Part shown: positions 1 through 7,854 of the stretch, piece after piece | Layout: every line of letters starts with the position of its first letter | Position numbering within the stretch: position 1 is the stretch's first letter | Virus record (IMG/VR): IMGVR_UViG_3300032167_000048 | Length of the DNA: 64,000 nt | Direction: 5' to 3' (one strand) | DNA from: a virus | Lineage: Duplodnaviria > Caudoviricetes | Notes under the pieces: model-generated | Told to the model about the DNA's origin: nothing | Database searches by the model: none | The model's input: only the letters and a program-made list of their open reading frames with translations | Program-made: the position numbers and the translations under genes

Positions 1-141
1 CGGATGATATCTTCCAGATGATGACGCTGGAATTGTCTGAATGCACTCTGGGCTTGCATTTAATGTGTTTGCTACAACATTTCTCATATGTTCGTTTTTA
101 ATAAGATTTAATTCTTTTTCAAATAATTCTGATGTCTTCAT
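1..141 (-). CDS. HD-domain phosphohydrolase-like protein, 5' part (runs off window)
   Basis: ATG at 141 after GAGGTGA RBS; translates MKTSELFEKEL...IPASSSGRYHP; the PASSxGxYHP motif is typical of phage HD-domain proteins. Confidence 0.55.
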   Translation of the reverse strand, partial: MKTSELFEKELNLIKNEHMRNVVANTLNASPECIQTIPASSSGRYHP

Positions 142-201
142 TTCTCACCTCTAATGTTATAGGGCATGTATTTTACACGCCCTATAATTTTATTGCTTAT
201 A

Positions 202-963
202 TTAATTTACTTTGTATACGTCTGCATGTCTTGAGCCAAACTGCAATGCTTCGCTATGACTGTTAAAATAAATGTCTACATGACCATACGGAGTTCCTCT
301 GTCCTCAACTGTATACACATGTCCATTAATTAAAAGTTTTGTGCCAAAGGCAACACCGCCCATAGCAACTGTTCTTCCAGCTGATGGCATAGTGCCACTT
401 GCTGTTGCGCCACCAGCCCATTTTCCACAACATTTAGAGCAGTTGCAATATGCTGTTAATCTAAAGTTGCCTAAGTATTCGCTTGCTTTTTCTTCTGCTG
501 CTTTAATTTTTTCATTTTTTGTTTCTTCGTCCATTAAGTATTCGTTCCAAAGATAGAAGTGACTATATCTTCCATTTTCATTTAATACTGAAATTTTTGT
601 CCAACCATTATAATCAGACATTGCTGTTACTTCTGTATATGGCTTTAACACTTTTGTAACGTTTGAAGTGATATTTGGAAATGGTCTCATATTTAAATAT
701 GTTGTAGTATATAAAGTTTTGTATTCATCATATTCATTACTGAAAAGCATATCTAAATATTCGTCTGTAATATCTAATGGAATAGCCATTTTCCAATTCT
801 TTACTTCTGTTGCTTCAATAATTTTTTCTACTTCTGGTTTTTTAGTTTCATTTGTTTTTGTTTCGCTTGTTTTTGTGCTACTCTGTGTTTCTGCTTTCGT
901 TGAACAGCAAGGAATTACCATCAACGAAAGAGCCATAAACAAAATCAATAAACCTTTTTTCAT
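202..963 (-). CDS. Exported SH3b + 3D-domain cell-wall protein (lytic transglycosylase-like)
   Basis: N-terminal signal peptide; LNMRPFP SH3b-like segment; C-terminal LTAYC...TASG...VEDRG...VDIY 3D motifs. Confidence 0.85.
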   Translation of the reverse strand: MKKGLLILFMALSLMVIPCCSTKAETQSSTKTSETKTNETKKPEVEKIIEATEVKNWKMAIPLDITDEYLDMLFSNEYDEYKTLYTTTYLNMRPFPNITSNVTKVLKPYTEVTAMSDYNGWTKISVLNENGRYSHFYLWNEYLMDEETKNEKIKAAEEKASEYLGNFRLTAYCNCSKCCGKWAGGATASGTMPSAGRTVAMGGVAFGTKLLINGHVYTVEDRGTPYGHVDIYFNSHSEALQFGSRHADVYKVN

Positions 964-975
964 TTTATATTCTCC

Positions 976-1560
976 TTATTCTCCCCAGCACTCGGCACGA
1001 TGTTCGCAATCGTCACAGTCTAAATCTGTGTCAAGACATTCATCAATTTCATCGCACTCATCACATTCATCACAATATTCACAACAATCATAACATCCGT
1101 TACAGTCGCATTCTTCTTCATATAATTCACTCTGAAGTTTATATCCTTCAAGCTCCCAAATTTTATCAATAATTTTATCCACGCAGATTTCAAATCCCAT
1201 TTCTTCATCATAATTATCTGGGCTTACGCATGCAGATGATTCTACAATAACAAATCCGTTTGGAAGTTCGCATGTTACAATAGTACACTTATCATAAATT
1301 GTCTGAATTTCAATATTTGATTTTGCAACAATACGTTTAATCATTTCTTCTGTTACTGTTGGAGCTGCTTTTGGTTCTACATATTTTTCAAAATATTCAT
1401 TATATTCATCTGTGCTCATTACTCCTTTGTGCATCATGTGTTCACCAAATGCAAATGAAATAATACCACCATCAACACCAATTACTTCTGCGATGTCTCC
1501 TTTTTTTAAGAAGCTTGTTACATCTTTTGTTACGATTAATTTGTCTCCTTTAGCTAACAT
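976..1560 (-). CDS. Phage Gp49/gp66-family domain protein (Acb4-like sponge candidate) with Cys/acidic tail
   Basis: CTIVTCELPNGFVIVESSACVSPDNYDEEMG...IWELEGY signature; tail CDCNGCYDCCEYCDECDEC. Confidence 0.7.
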   Translation of the reverse strand: MLAKGDKLIVTKDVTSFLKKGDIAEVIGVDGGIISFAFGEHMMHKGVMSTDEYNEYFEKYVEPKAAPTVTEEMIKRIVAKSNIEIQTIYDKCTIVTCELPNGFVIVESSACVSPDNYDEEMGFEICVDKIIDKIWELEGYKLQSELYEEECDCNGCYDCCEYCDECDECDEIDECLDTDLDCDDCEHRAECWGE

Positions 1561-1563
1561 AAT

Positions 1564-2727
1564 TTAGCCCTCACTTTCTTTTCTTTCATTTTTAATTTTA
1601 TTTGACCACCAAACATTCCATTTTTCTACAATCTCTTTCTGTTCTTTTGTAAGAGGATGATTGTATCTCTGTAATGCTTGGACAATCTTATCGTTTCTAA
1701 CCTCAATTGTTACGAGGCTTTCGCTTGGTGCGTCTTTATATCTTAAGAATAAAATATGACACTGACCATCAATAACTCTTTGGATATATGATGCTACACA
1801 GTTGTTCTGAGCAACGGCTTCATCTTTGATATCCTGAGTACAATTTGGATAAAAGAATCTATACTCTCCAAACGTTTTCTCCATATCTTTATTAATTCTA
1901 TCTTTGAATTTTTCTTCTTTAAACTGCTGTTTTAATCTATCATAGTTTCTACAAGCAATCTGATGTGTTGTAAGAAAATGTCTAGGGTATTTATCAAATT
2001 TATCACTAATTTGTTTCATCATAGATGCATAATCATAAATTTCACCCAATGCGCTACTTGGAATAATGGCTTCAAATGTCATCAAATAATCAAGATAATT
2101 CATTAATCCTTTTACTGTATATCCATATTCTGAAATAAGCTTATTAAATGTTGAAACACTAACCCAGTTATAATCCCATGTTCTTTCTCCGTAATATTTT
2201 TTTACAGATTTTGTATTATGTAATATGCTATTAATTTCATCATCTGTTAATGACATATATTCAAGCTTATACGCAAGTTGATATCCGTCTGGATTTTCTT
2301 TATAATTTTTTAAAAAGCTATCTGATAATTTAATACTATGTGTTTTACATAATTTAATTAATGCTTTTGGAATGTCATTGATTGTATATGAGAAATTACG
2401 AGTATTAATAATATCTTCAATTCCAGCAGAAAAAATCTGTTCGTATTTTGCATAACGTGGAATCTTATCTAAAATTGTTCCAACGTTATTAATGTCATGA
2501 AATCTGCTTGAATATGTTCTTTTAACAAATGAAAGAAACTTTGCATACTTCTCATCTTCACAACAATTAATAACATCATCCATTGTCAACCCTCTTAACT
2601 GAGAGCACAAATTAGTTACTGGTTTACCTTTTTTTCCAATACATTCTTTTGTAGCGAAATTATATTTTACTGTCTTGCCATCTTCAAAATCAAAAATTAA
2701 AAACTGTCTTTCTTTATAAACTTTCAT
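1564..2727 (-). CDS. PcfJ-domain protein
   Basis: C-terminal EAVAQNNCVASY...ILFLR...TIEV...IVQA..YN motif. Confidence 0.8.
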   Translation of the reverse strand: MKVYKERQFLIFDFEDGKTVKYNFATKECIGKKGKPVTNLCSQLRGLTMDDVINCCEDEKYAKFLSFVKRTYSSRFHDINNVGTILDKIPRYAKYEQIFSAGIEDIINTRNFSYTINDIPKALIKLCKTHSIKLSDSFLKNYKENPDGYQLAYKLEYMSLTDDEINSILHNTKSVKKYYGERTWDYNWVSVSTFNKLISEYGYTVKGLMNYLDYLMTFEAIIPSSALGEIYDYASMMKQISDKFDKYPRHFLTTHQIACRNYDRLKQQFKEEKFKDRINKDMEKTFGEYRFFYPNCTQDIKDEAVAQNNCVASYIQRVIDGQCHILFLRYKDAPSESLVTIEVRNDKIVQALQRYNHPLTKEQKEIVEKWNVWWSNKIKNERKESEG

Positions 2728-2772
2728 ACTTCTTTTTCATTCATTATTTAAAACCTTGTTAATAAGTTACAA

Positions 2773-2851
2773 TTGCAAGATAAGGATTTGAACCTTAGTT
2801 TAATCTTAGCTTTGCTATAAGATTCGTGTTATCCATTTACACTATCTTGCA
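2773..2851 (-). tRNA. tRNA-like element with no canonical anticodon loop (extended hairpin instead)
   Basis: Acceptor TGCAAGA/TCTTGCA; D-arm GTGT-AAATGGATA-ACAC; T-arm TAAGG-TTCAAAT-CCTTA; anticodon arm AATCT-TA-TAGC-AAA-GCTA-AGATT. Confidence 0.7.
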
Positions 2852-2858
2852 TTAATAT

Positions 2859-3260
2859 GTTATTCGCTATTTACCAGCCTTGCAGATGCTTATAGTCATG
2901 TACAACTAAACTAAACTGTATATCAAGGATTTTGTAAATCTTTATAACTTTACTATTTATTCTTTTAACTTTGACTCATGAAATAAACTTTGAATTTTTA
3001 ACTTTATTATTTGAGTTTTACAACTTTAAACTTTACAGTCCCACTATGTAAATATTTATCAATATTTGGCTATAAGTTTAACACACTTACCCATTTTGAT
3101 AAACAATCAAATAAAAAGATTTCCAATCTTTTCCTCTGTTGTTTTTCTAAATCTCAGCTTTTAAGAAGAAGAGGTGTTTCTTTATTGTTTTACATAAGTC
3201 TAAGCACCCCTAAAAGACTTATGAGTTGTAGTCTAAAGTTTTCAATAAACAGCGAATAAC
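2859..3260 (-). ncRNA. Putative ~400-nt structured non-coding RNA
   Basis: 15-bp closing helix 3246-3260 with 2859-2873; its single non-WC pair is G-U on the minus strand but A-C on plus; internal hairpins at 3193-3223 and 3114-3132; six AAAGTT repeats at 2946-3034; no minus-strand ORF in the track. Confidence 0.65.
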
Positions 3261-3296
3261 CAATTTATATTAACTACATAAGTAGCTTTCTACTAT

Positions 3297-3953
3297 TTAG
3301 TAGTTAACTTCAATTTCTGTAATTGCATTAGATACTGAAAGCGCAGCGTCTACTTCTGCCTTGAATGTGTTAATATGTTCTTCTAATGCGTTAATCTTAT
3401 CCAGAATCTTGATAGGGTCTACAAGTTCGTATGTATTTGCTTTAATGAACTGCATTCTAGCCTTTTCATATTCTTCTGTATTCACCTTGCCCTCTTTAGA
3501 ACCAAATGCACCAATTACATACTGTTCTGCTCTTTTTTCAAGTTCAGAGCCGTTTTCTCTAAGGATTTCAGCCTGAGCTCTGTTATACTGTTTCTGTAAT
3601 TCAAGGAGCATGTGTTCATCAAAAGTAACACCATGATTTTTCATTTCAATAGCTTCTGCCACTGTGTATTCAATACCATTAATTTTTACTTTTGTTACTG
3701 CGTTTGACAATACAACAGCTTTTTTAATAGCGTTTCTTCTCTTAATCAAATCAGATGCCTTGTCGTAGTTTCCCTGCATAACAGTTTTATATTCTTCAAC
3801 TGACACGCCTTTGATTTTATCGTTTGAATGTTTATTTGCTACACAAAATGAACCATTCATAATAGAAGAAAGAATTCTATTATCTAAAAGCTTTAATTCT
3901 GCTAATGCTTTATGAATTGTCATCTTTTCATTTGTTGCCATGATTTTCACCAT
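3297..3953 (-). CDS. Coiled-coil protein, N-terminus resembling DIP1984/DUF6847-like proteins (start may be 3941)
   Basis: MTIHKALAELKLLDNRI start; TVAEAI and VDAALSVSNAITEIEV motifs; family resemblance from memory only. Confidence 0.55.
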   Translation of the reverse strand: MVKIMATNEKMTIHKALAELKLLDNRILSSIMNGSFCVANKHSNDKIKGVSVEEYKTVMQGNYDKASDLIKRRNAIKKAVVLSNAVTKVKINGIEYTVAEAIEMKNHGVTFDEHMLLELQKQYNRAQAEILRENGSELEKRAEQYVIGAFGSKEGKVNTEEYEKARMQFIKANTYELVDPIKILDKINALEEHINTFKAEVDAALSVSNAITEIEVNY

Positions 3954-4027
3954 TTTAACCTTTCTTTTAAACTTTGAATCTTTTAAACTTTATTACACCA
4001 ACGTTTTATAGGCTAGACATTGGTAAA

Positions 4028-4097
4028 CAAGAACGGTGGGAGTCGAACCCACGTCTACGACTTAAAGTCATTGCTCTACCTACTGAGCTACATTCCC
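4028..4097 (-). tRNA. tRNA-like element with truncated anticodon arm (5-nt loop, or UUA in a 4-bp arm)
   Basis: GGGAATG...CGTTCTT acceptor with several G-U pairs; GCTC-AGTAGGTA-GAGC D-arm; GTGGG-TTCGACT-CCCAC T-arm; anticodon arm ATGAC-TTTAA-GTCGT is 2 nt short. Confidence 0.7.
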
Positions 4098-4170
4098 GAT
4101 TGTGTAGGGACTTCCTACACAGCACCTAAAAAGGAAAGGAGGATTATTTAAAAAAGATTTTCTACAACGA

Positions 4171-4243
4171 CTGCCCCTACTGGATTCGAACCAGTGTAAT
4201 GCAGGAGTCAAAGTCCTGTGCCTTACCGCTTGGCGAAGGAGCA
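4171..4243 (-). tRNA. tRNA-Gln(UUG)
   Basis: Canonical cloverleaf; CAGGA-CTTTGAC-TCCTG anticodon arm; no encoded CCA. Confidence 0.95.
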
Positions 4244-4248
4244 ATAAG

Positions 4249-4337
4249 TACACCCTCCCAGATTCGAACTGGGCTTATACCTTGCTAGGGCTTACGACTT
4301 ATAAGGTCGTGGCTCTCACCTAATGAGCTAAGGGTGC
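4249..4337 (-). tRNA. tRNA-Ile(UAU) with long variable arm
   Basis: GCACCCT/AGGGTGT acceptor, A73; ACGAC-CTTATAA-GTCGT anticodon arm; 20-nt variable region; CCCAG-TTCGAAT-CTGGG T-arm. Confidence 0.8.
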
Positions 4338-4629
4338 TGAAAGGAGTGCCGCCTTTAACGGCTTATTCATTTTAGAATAAGGTTGAGTTCCACTGCTTTA
4401 TGACAAAAAACAAAGAATCCAGAGATTCGAAATTGGCTATTTATCATTGATTGCAGATTTTGCTCTCTGCTTTTCTCCCTCAATTTCATTACTGAGTTTT
4501 CTCATAATTGAAGTCCATCTTGCATAAGCTGTATGCTTTCCTCTTTTACTGTTTACATTTGAATTCTGATTAAGATTCATATTGTTCTCCTTATAACCTT
4601 ATTTTTTATTTGCTTCATTTGATATATTT

Positions 4630-4746
4630 AGTATATCATATTTAAAGCAGTTTGTCAAGTAGTTTTTTGAACTTTTTATTTTTTTATTTCTATTTGTTCG
4701 CTTCACTTGATATATTAACTATATCATATTTACCATTATTTGTCAA
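4630..4746 (-). promoter_or_regulatory. Two tandem sigma-A promoters upstream of the tRNA locus
   Basis: TTGACA-17-TATAGT (4746-4718) and TTGACA-17-TATACT (4658-4630) within an imperfect 88-bp-period duplication. Confidence 0.85.
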
Positions 4747-4763
4747 GTAGTTTTTTAGACTTT

Positions 4764-5219
4764 TTACATTTCTTCAATGTTTTTATATTCTGACAGATTG
4801 TGGAAGTAATTAACCTTATCATCTAATTCGTATACTACTTTTCTTAATTCGGCTTCTTTTTTCTTGCTATCAGTTCTTGTATACTTCTTCCACATCTTAT
4901 CTCTTTCTTTGTGTAATTCAACGTATTTCTCGGTCACATCTTCTTCGCCAATGACGTTAATTACAATTGGTTCTCCACAGAATGGACAATGAGTTAACTT
5001 ATAATAAGTTTCTTCTTCATATTCATCTCCCCAGTCATAAAATGATTCTGTGAATCTTATAGAAATTGATGGAGTAATTGTATCTTCGCATTCATCTGTG
5101 TATTCGCAAACCAAATTAATTATAGGATTGTTTTTTAGTTTTTCACAACACCATTCAAATGGCTTATATTTATAACCATCATAACAATCAAATGTCTGTC
5201 TGATTAATTCTATATTCAT
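4764..5219 (-). CDS. Hypothetical phage protein (CPFCG motif)
   Basis: 151-aa ORF with RBS. Confidence 0.7.
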   Translation of the reverse strand: MNIELIRQTFDCYDGYKYKPFEWCCEKLKNNPIINLVCEYTDECEDTITPSISIRFTESFYDWGDEYEEETYYKLTHCPFCGEPIVINVIGEEDVTEKYVELHKERDKMWKKYTRTDSKKKEAELRKVVYELDDKVNYFHNLSEYKNIEEM

Positions 5220-5291
5220 ATACTTCCCTTTCGTTTATGTATGCATTATAGCATATAACATTATTGATTGTAAGTACTTTTTTGGGAAAAA

Positions 5292-5960
5292 TTATAAATT
5301 ATCCTTAAGATAATTTAAATATTCATCCCAGAAGCCTTTTACATAAATGTACTCTTTGCTTTGTCTAGCCAGCTTCATTTTCTTCATATCATCTTTTATA
5401 TTAAAGGATTCAGATTGCTTCTTGCCTCTCTTGCAAAGACTTTTTGACATGATATCGTCTAAGAAATCATTCGTAACTCTTGAGATGGAAAGTAGCTCGC
5501 CTTTAGGCACATCCTTGGTAATTTCTTTATATAGTGCGATTTTCTCGGCTGGTATTTCCACATTTGACTTTGGAAGATTACGGCTTGAAAATGGTGAGAT
5601 ACTAGCTCCACTTGTACGTGCTTTTAATAATTCTGCTACAATTTCAATGTCAGCAGCTTTAAATTTGAATTCTACTTCTTCGTCATTTTCAATATGGTCA
5701 ACATATTCAATACCACTTTCTTTAACTGCTTTAATAATATTATGACCACGTCCAATTGATGGTATATATGCAACCAACCACACTGGTCTCTTATTATCAA
5801 TATGACCATATGTGTAAATTCTATTTCCATTTTGACACGAAATATAAACATCTATATCTTCAATGTTCCCATCTGCGTCCCTAGGAAAATCATTTGTGTC
5901 TTGGTCTAATTCACATAGTAGTCTATATTGTCCTTTGTATCTCATCAAATAATTTGCCAT
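5292..5960 (-). CDS. Hypothetical phage protein
   Basis: 222-aa ORF, in operon with neighbours. Confidence 0.75.
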   Translation of the reverse strand: MANYLMRYKGQYRLLCELDQDTNDFPRDADGNIEDIDVYISCQNGNRIYTYGHIDNKRPVWLVAYIPSIGRGHNIIKAVKESGIEYVDHIENDEEVEFKFKAADIEIVAELLKARTSGASISPFSSRNLPKSNVEIPAEKIALYKEITKDVPKGELLSISRVTNDFLDDIMSKSLCKRGKKQSESFNIKDDMKKMKLARQSKEYIYVKGFWDEYLNYLKDNL

Positions 5961-5962
5961 AA

Positions 5963-6235
5963 CTAATACTCCTTACCTTTAAACAACTCTCTGGCTAAAA
6001 CAGTTCCACATTCAATAGTTTCAATATCAAAATCTACTGGCATAATTGCACATTCATGCATTACAACAATTGGAACTTTCATTGTTTCAGCCACTCGACC
6101 CTCTTTACCTAATTCACTCATAGAATAATTAATAAACATTTCCATGAAATTTTGTGCTTCTTGTTGAGATTCAAACAAGATAATTCTGCCTTTATTATGA
6201 AAATAAAGACCGCTCTTATGCATGATTATAAACAT
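5963..6235 (-). CDS. Hypothetical protein
   Basis: 90-aa ORF preceded by GGTGGTGA RBS and a TAAAA-N6-TTTTA site at 6254-6269. Confidence 0.7.
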   Translation of the reverse strand: MFIIMHKSGLYFHNKGRIILFESQQEAQNFMEMFINYSMSELGKEGRVAETMKVPIVVMHECAIMPVDFDIETIECGTVLARELFKGKEY

Positions 6236-6280
6236 ATTTCATTCACCACCTAATAAAATTGGGATTTTAAGTGCTATTTT

Positions 6281-6328
6281 GCACTATATATAGTGCATTA
6301 GAAAATGCTAACACACTATATATAGTAG
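6281..6328. promoter_or_regulatory. Tandem NrdR-box pair
   Basis: gcactatatatagtgc (6281) and acactatatatagtag (6313) match acaCwAtATaTwGtg; 32-bp spacing. Confidence 0.75.
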
Positions 6329-6336
6329 TTAAAAAA

Positions 6337-6576
6337 TTACATGTCTGCCAATCTGTCATTCATAGAATCAATTTTTAATTTGTCTGAATGAGTCATGCCA
6401 TGTTTACAATTGAAATCAGTCTTGCCAGCACATAACGGACAAGAGCAATGAACTTTGTTCTTAGAGTATTGATGCAGATTATCATATAATGACGCTCCAT
6501 GATTATGCTCTGCGATATTCTTTTTTCTGATTGCCTTGTTATAATCGTTTTTTCTTCTCTCTGCTCTTGTTTTCAT
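6337..6576 (-). CDS. Small basic hypothetical protein (CSCPLC)
   Basis: MKTRAERRK start with RBS, inside the 6337..6624 ORF. Confidence 0.6.
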   Translation of the reverse strand: MKTRAERRKNDYNKAIRKKNIAEHNHGASLYDNLHQYSKNKVHCSCPLCAGKTDFNCKHGMTHSDKLKIDSMNDRLADM

Positions 6577-6595
6577 AATTGTACCTCTTATAATT

Positions 6596-7054
6596 TTATT
6601 TATTTGTACTACCGAATCCACCAACTCTTACATTGTCTGTATTACCATTATCAGCAACTAAGAAGTTAAAGAATGCTCCCTGAGCAACTCTATCTCCTTT
6701 ATTAATTGTTAATACATCATTACTAATGTTTTTTAAGAAGATGCCAATGTTGCCATCATTTCCATCATTAGAGTAATAATCCGAATCAATCCATCCAGAA
6801 GTGTTGGCTAACATCCACTTACCACCCATAGAACTTCTAACATTCAGAATTAAACATTCATCTTCTTTCATATAGGCTTTTACATCAGTCCATACTTTTA
6901 CAATACCGTTTGGTGCTGCTACGTATGTATCATTAGCATAGAAATCATATGCCATTGCAGTACTAGAACCCCTAGTTGGTAATGTTACATCGTCAGTAGT
7001 TTTTCTTTTGCTATCAATTACAACTTCAAATCCTCTTGTTTTCATTTTTATCAC
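6596..7054 (-). CDS. dut: Trimeric dUTPase
   Basis: AYDF, RSS, GWIDSDYY, GDRVAQG and RVGGFGST motifs. Confidence 0.93.
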   Translation of the reverse strand: MIKMKTRGFEVVIDSKRKTTDDVTLPTRGSSTAMAYDFYANDTYVAAPNGIVKVWTDVKAYMKEDECLILNVRSSMGGKWMLANTSGWIDSDYYSNDGNDGNIGIFLKNISNDVLTINKGDRVAQGAFFNFLVADNGNTDNVRVGGFGSTNK

Positions 7055-7057
7055 CCT

Positions 7058-7345
7058 CTAATATTCTTCATAGTAAGATTCATTGCTTACTACTTTTGTT
7101 TTCTTCTTTTCTGCTTCTTGGACTACTTTTAATGCGACCTTTCTATCTTCGAAAACTGTTTTGCCAAAAGCATTATAGTTTAATAAATAAGCATGCTTGT
7201 CATGCTTGTCTATACCAACAAAATAATCGTCTGCTACAGTTCTAACCTTTAATTCGCATAAATCATAGACTCCTACGCTTGGCATTATTTTGGCGTAATA
7301 TACAATATCTTTCTTTTTTAATTTTACTACGTTGTCTTTACCCAT
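7058..7345 (-). CDS. Hypothetical protein
   Basis: 95-aa ORF coupled between nrdG and dut. Confidence 0.7.
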   Translation of the reverse strand: MGKDNVVKLKKKDIVYYAKIMPSVGVYDLCELKVRTVADDYFVGIDKHDKHAYLLNYNAFGKTVFEDRKVALKVVQEAEKKKTKVVSNESYYEEY

Positions 7346-7854
7346 ACGCCATTTTCCTTTTTCCAGATATTCTGATTGCCACTACCACGAAATTTTAATG
7401 TAACATCTCTTAATTTATCTATATATCTGCCGTCAACAAAAACATCTATATTTTCTTCTAATATAAACTTTCTATAATCGTCTGCTTGAGTCCAATTAAG
7501 AAATGTGTCAAAATCTTGATTCATTATTTCATCATATGTATATCCACTATATAACCATATCTTTTTATCTGGGAACAGATGTTTAATTCTTTTTGTTAAC
7601 AAATATACTTTTCTAACATTTAAATTAGCTAATGGCTCTCCGCCAAGAATACTAATTCTCTTAATATATGGTTTACTAATTAACTCTAAAAATTTTTCTT
7701 CAATTTCTTCTGTCCATTCTTTGCCGCCATTAAAATCCCAAGCCTCTTCATTAAAACAGCCTTTACAATGAAATTTACATCCTTGTGTGAAGAGGGAACA
7801 TCCTATTCCCTCTCCATTACATACTTCAAATGGCAAAATCTGTGCGTATCTCAC
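7327..7854 (-). CDS. nrdG: Anaerobic ribonucleotide reductase activating enzyme
   Basis: NGEGIGCSLFTQGCKFHCKGCFN; LGGEP; DGRY; FRGSGNQ; follows nrdD. Confidence 0.95.
   Translation of the reverse strand: MRYAQILPFEVCNGEGIGCSLFTQGCKFHCKGCFNEEAWDFNGGKEWTEEIEEKFLELISKPYIKRISILGGEPLANLNVRKVYLLTKRIKHLFPDKKIWLYSGYTYDEIMNQDFDTFLNWTQADDYRKFILEENIDVFVDGRYIDKLRDVTLKFRGSGNQNIWKKENGVWVKTT

Noticed and set aside
4028-4097. Stop-codon reassignment suggested by a possible UUA anticodon
   Set aside because: Large genes (dnaE, nrdD, ligA, recD2) are full length in the standard code, TAA is the common stop, and the anticodon arm is malformed.
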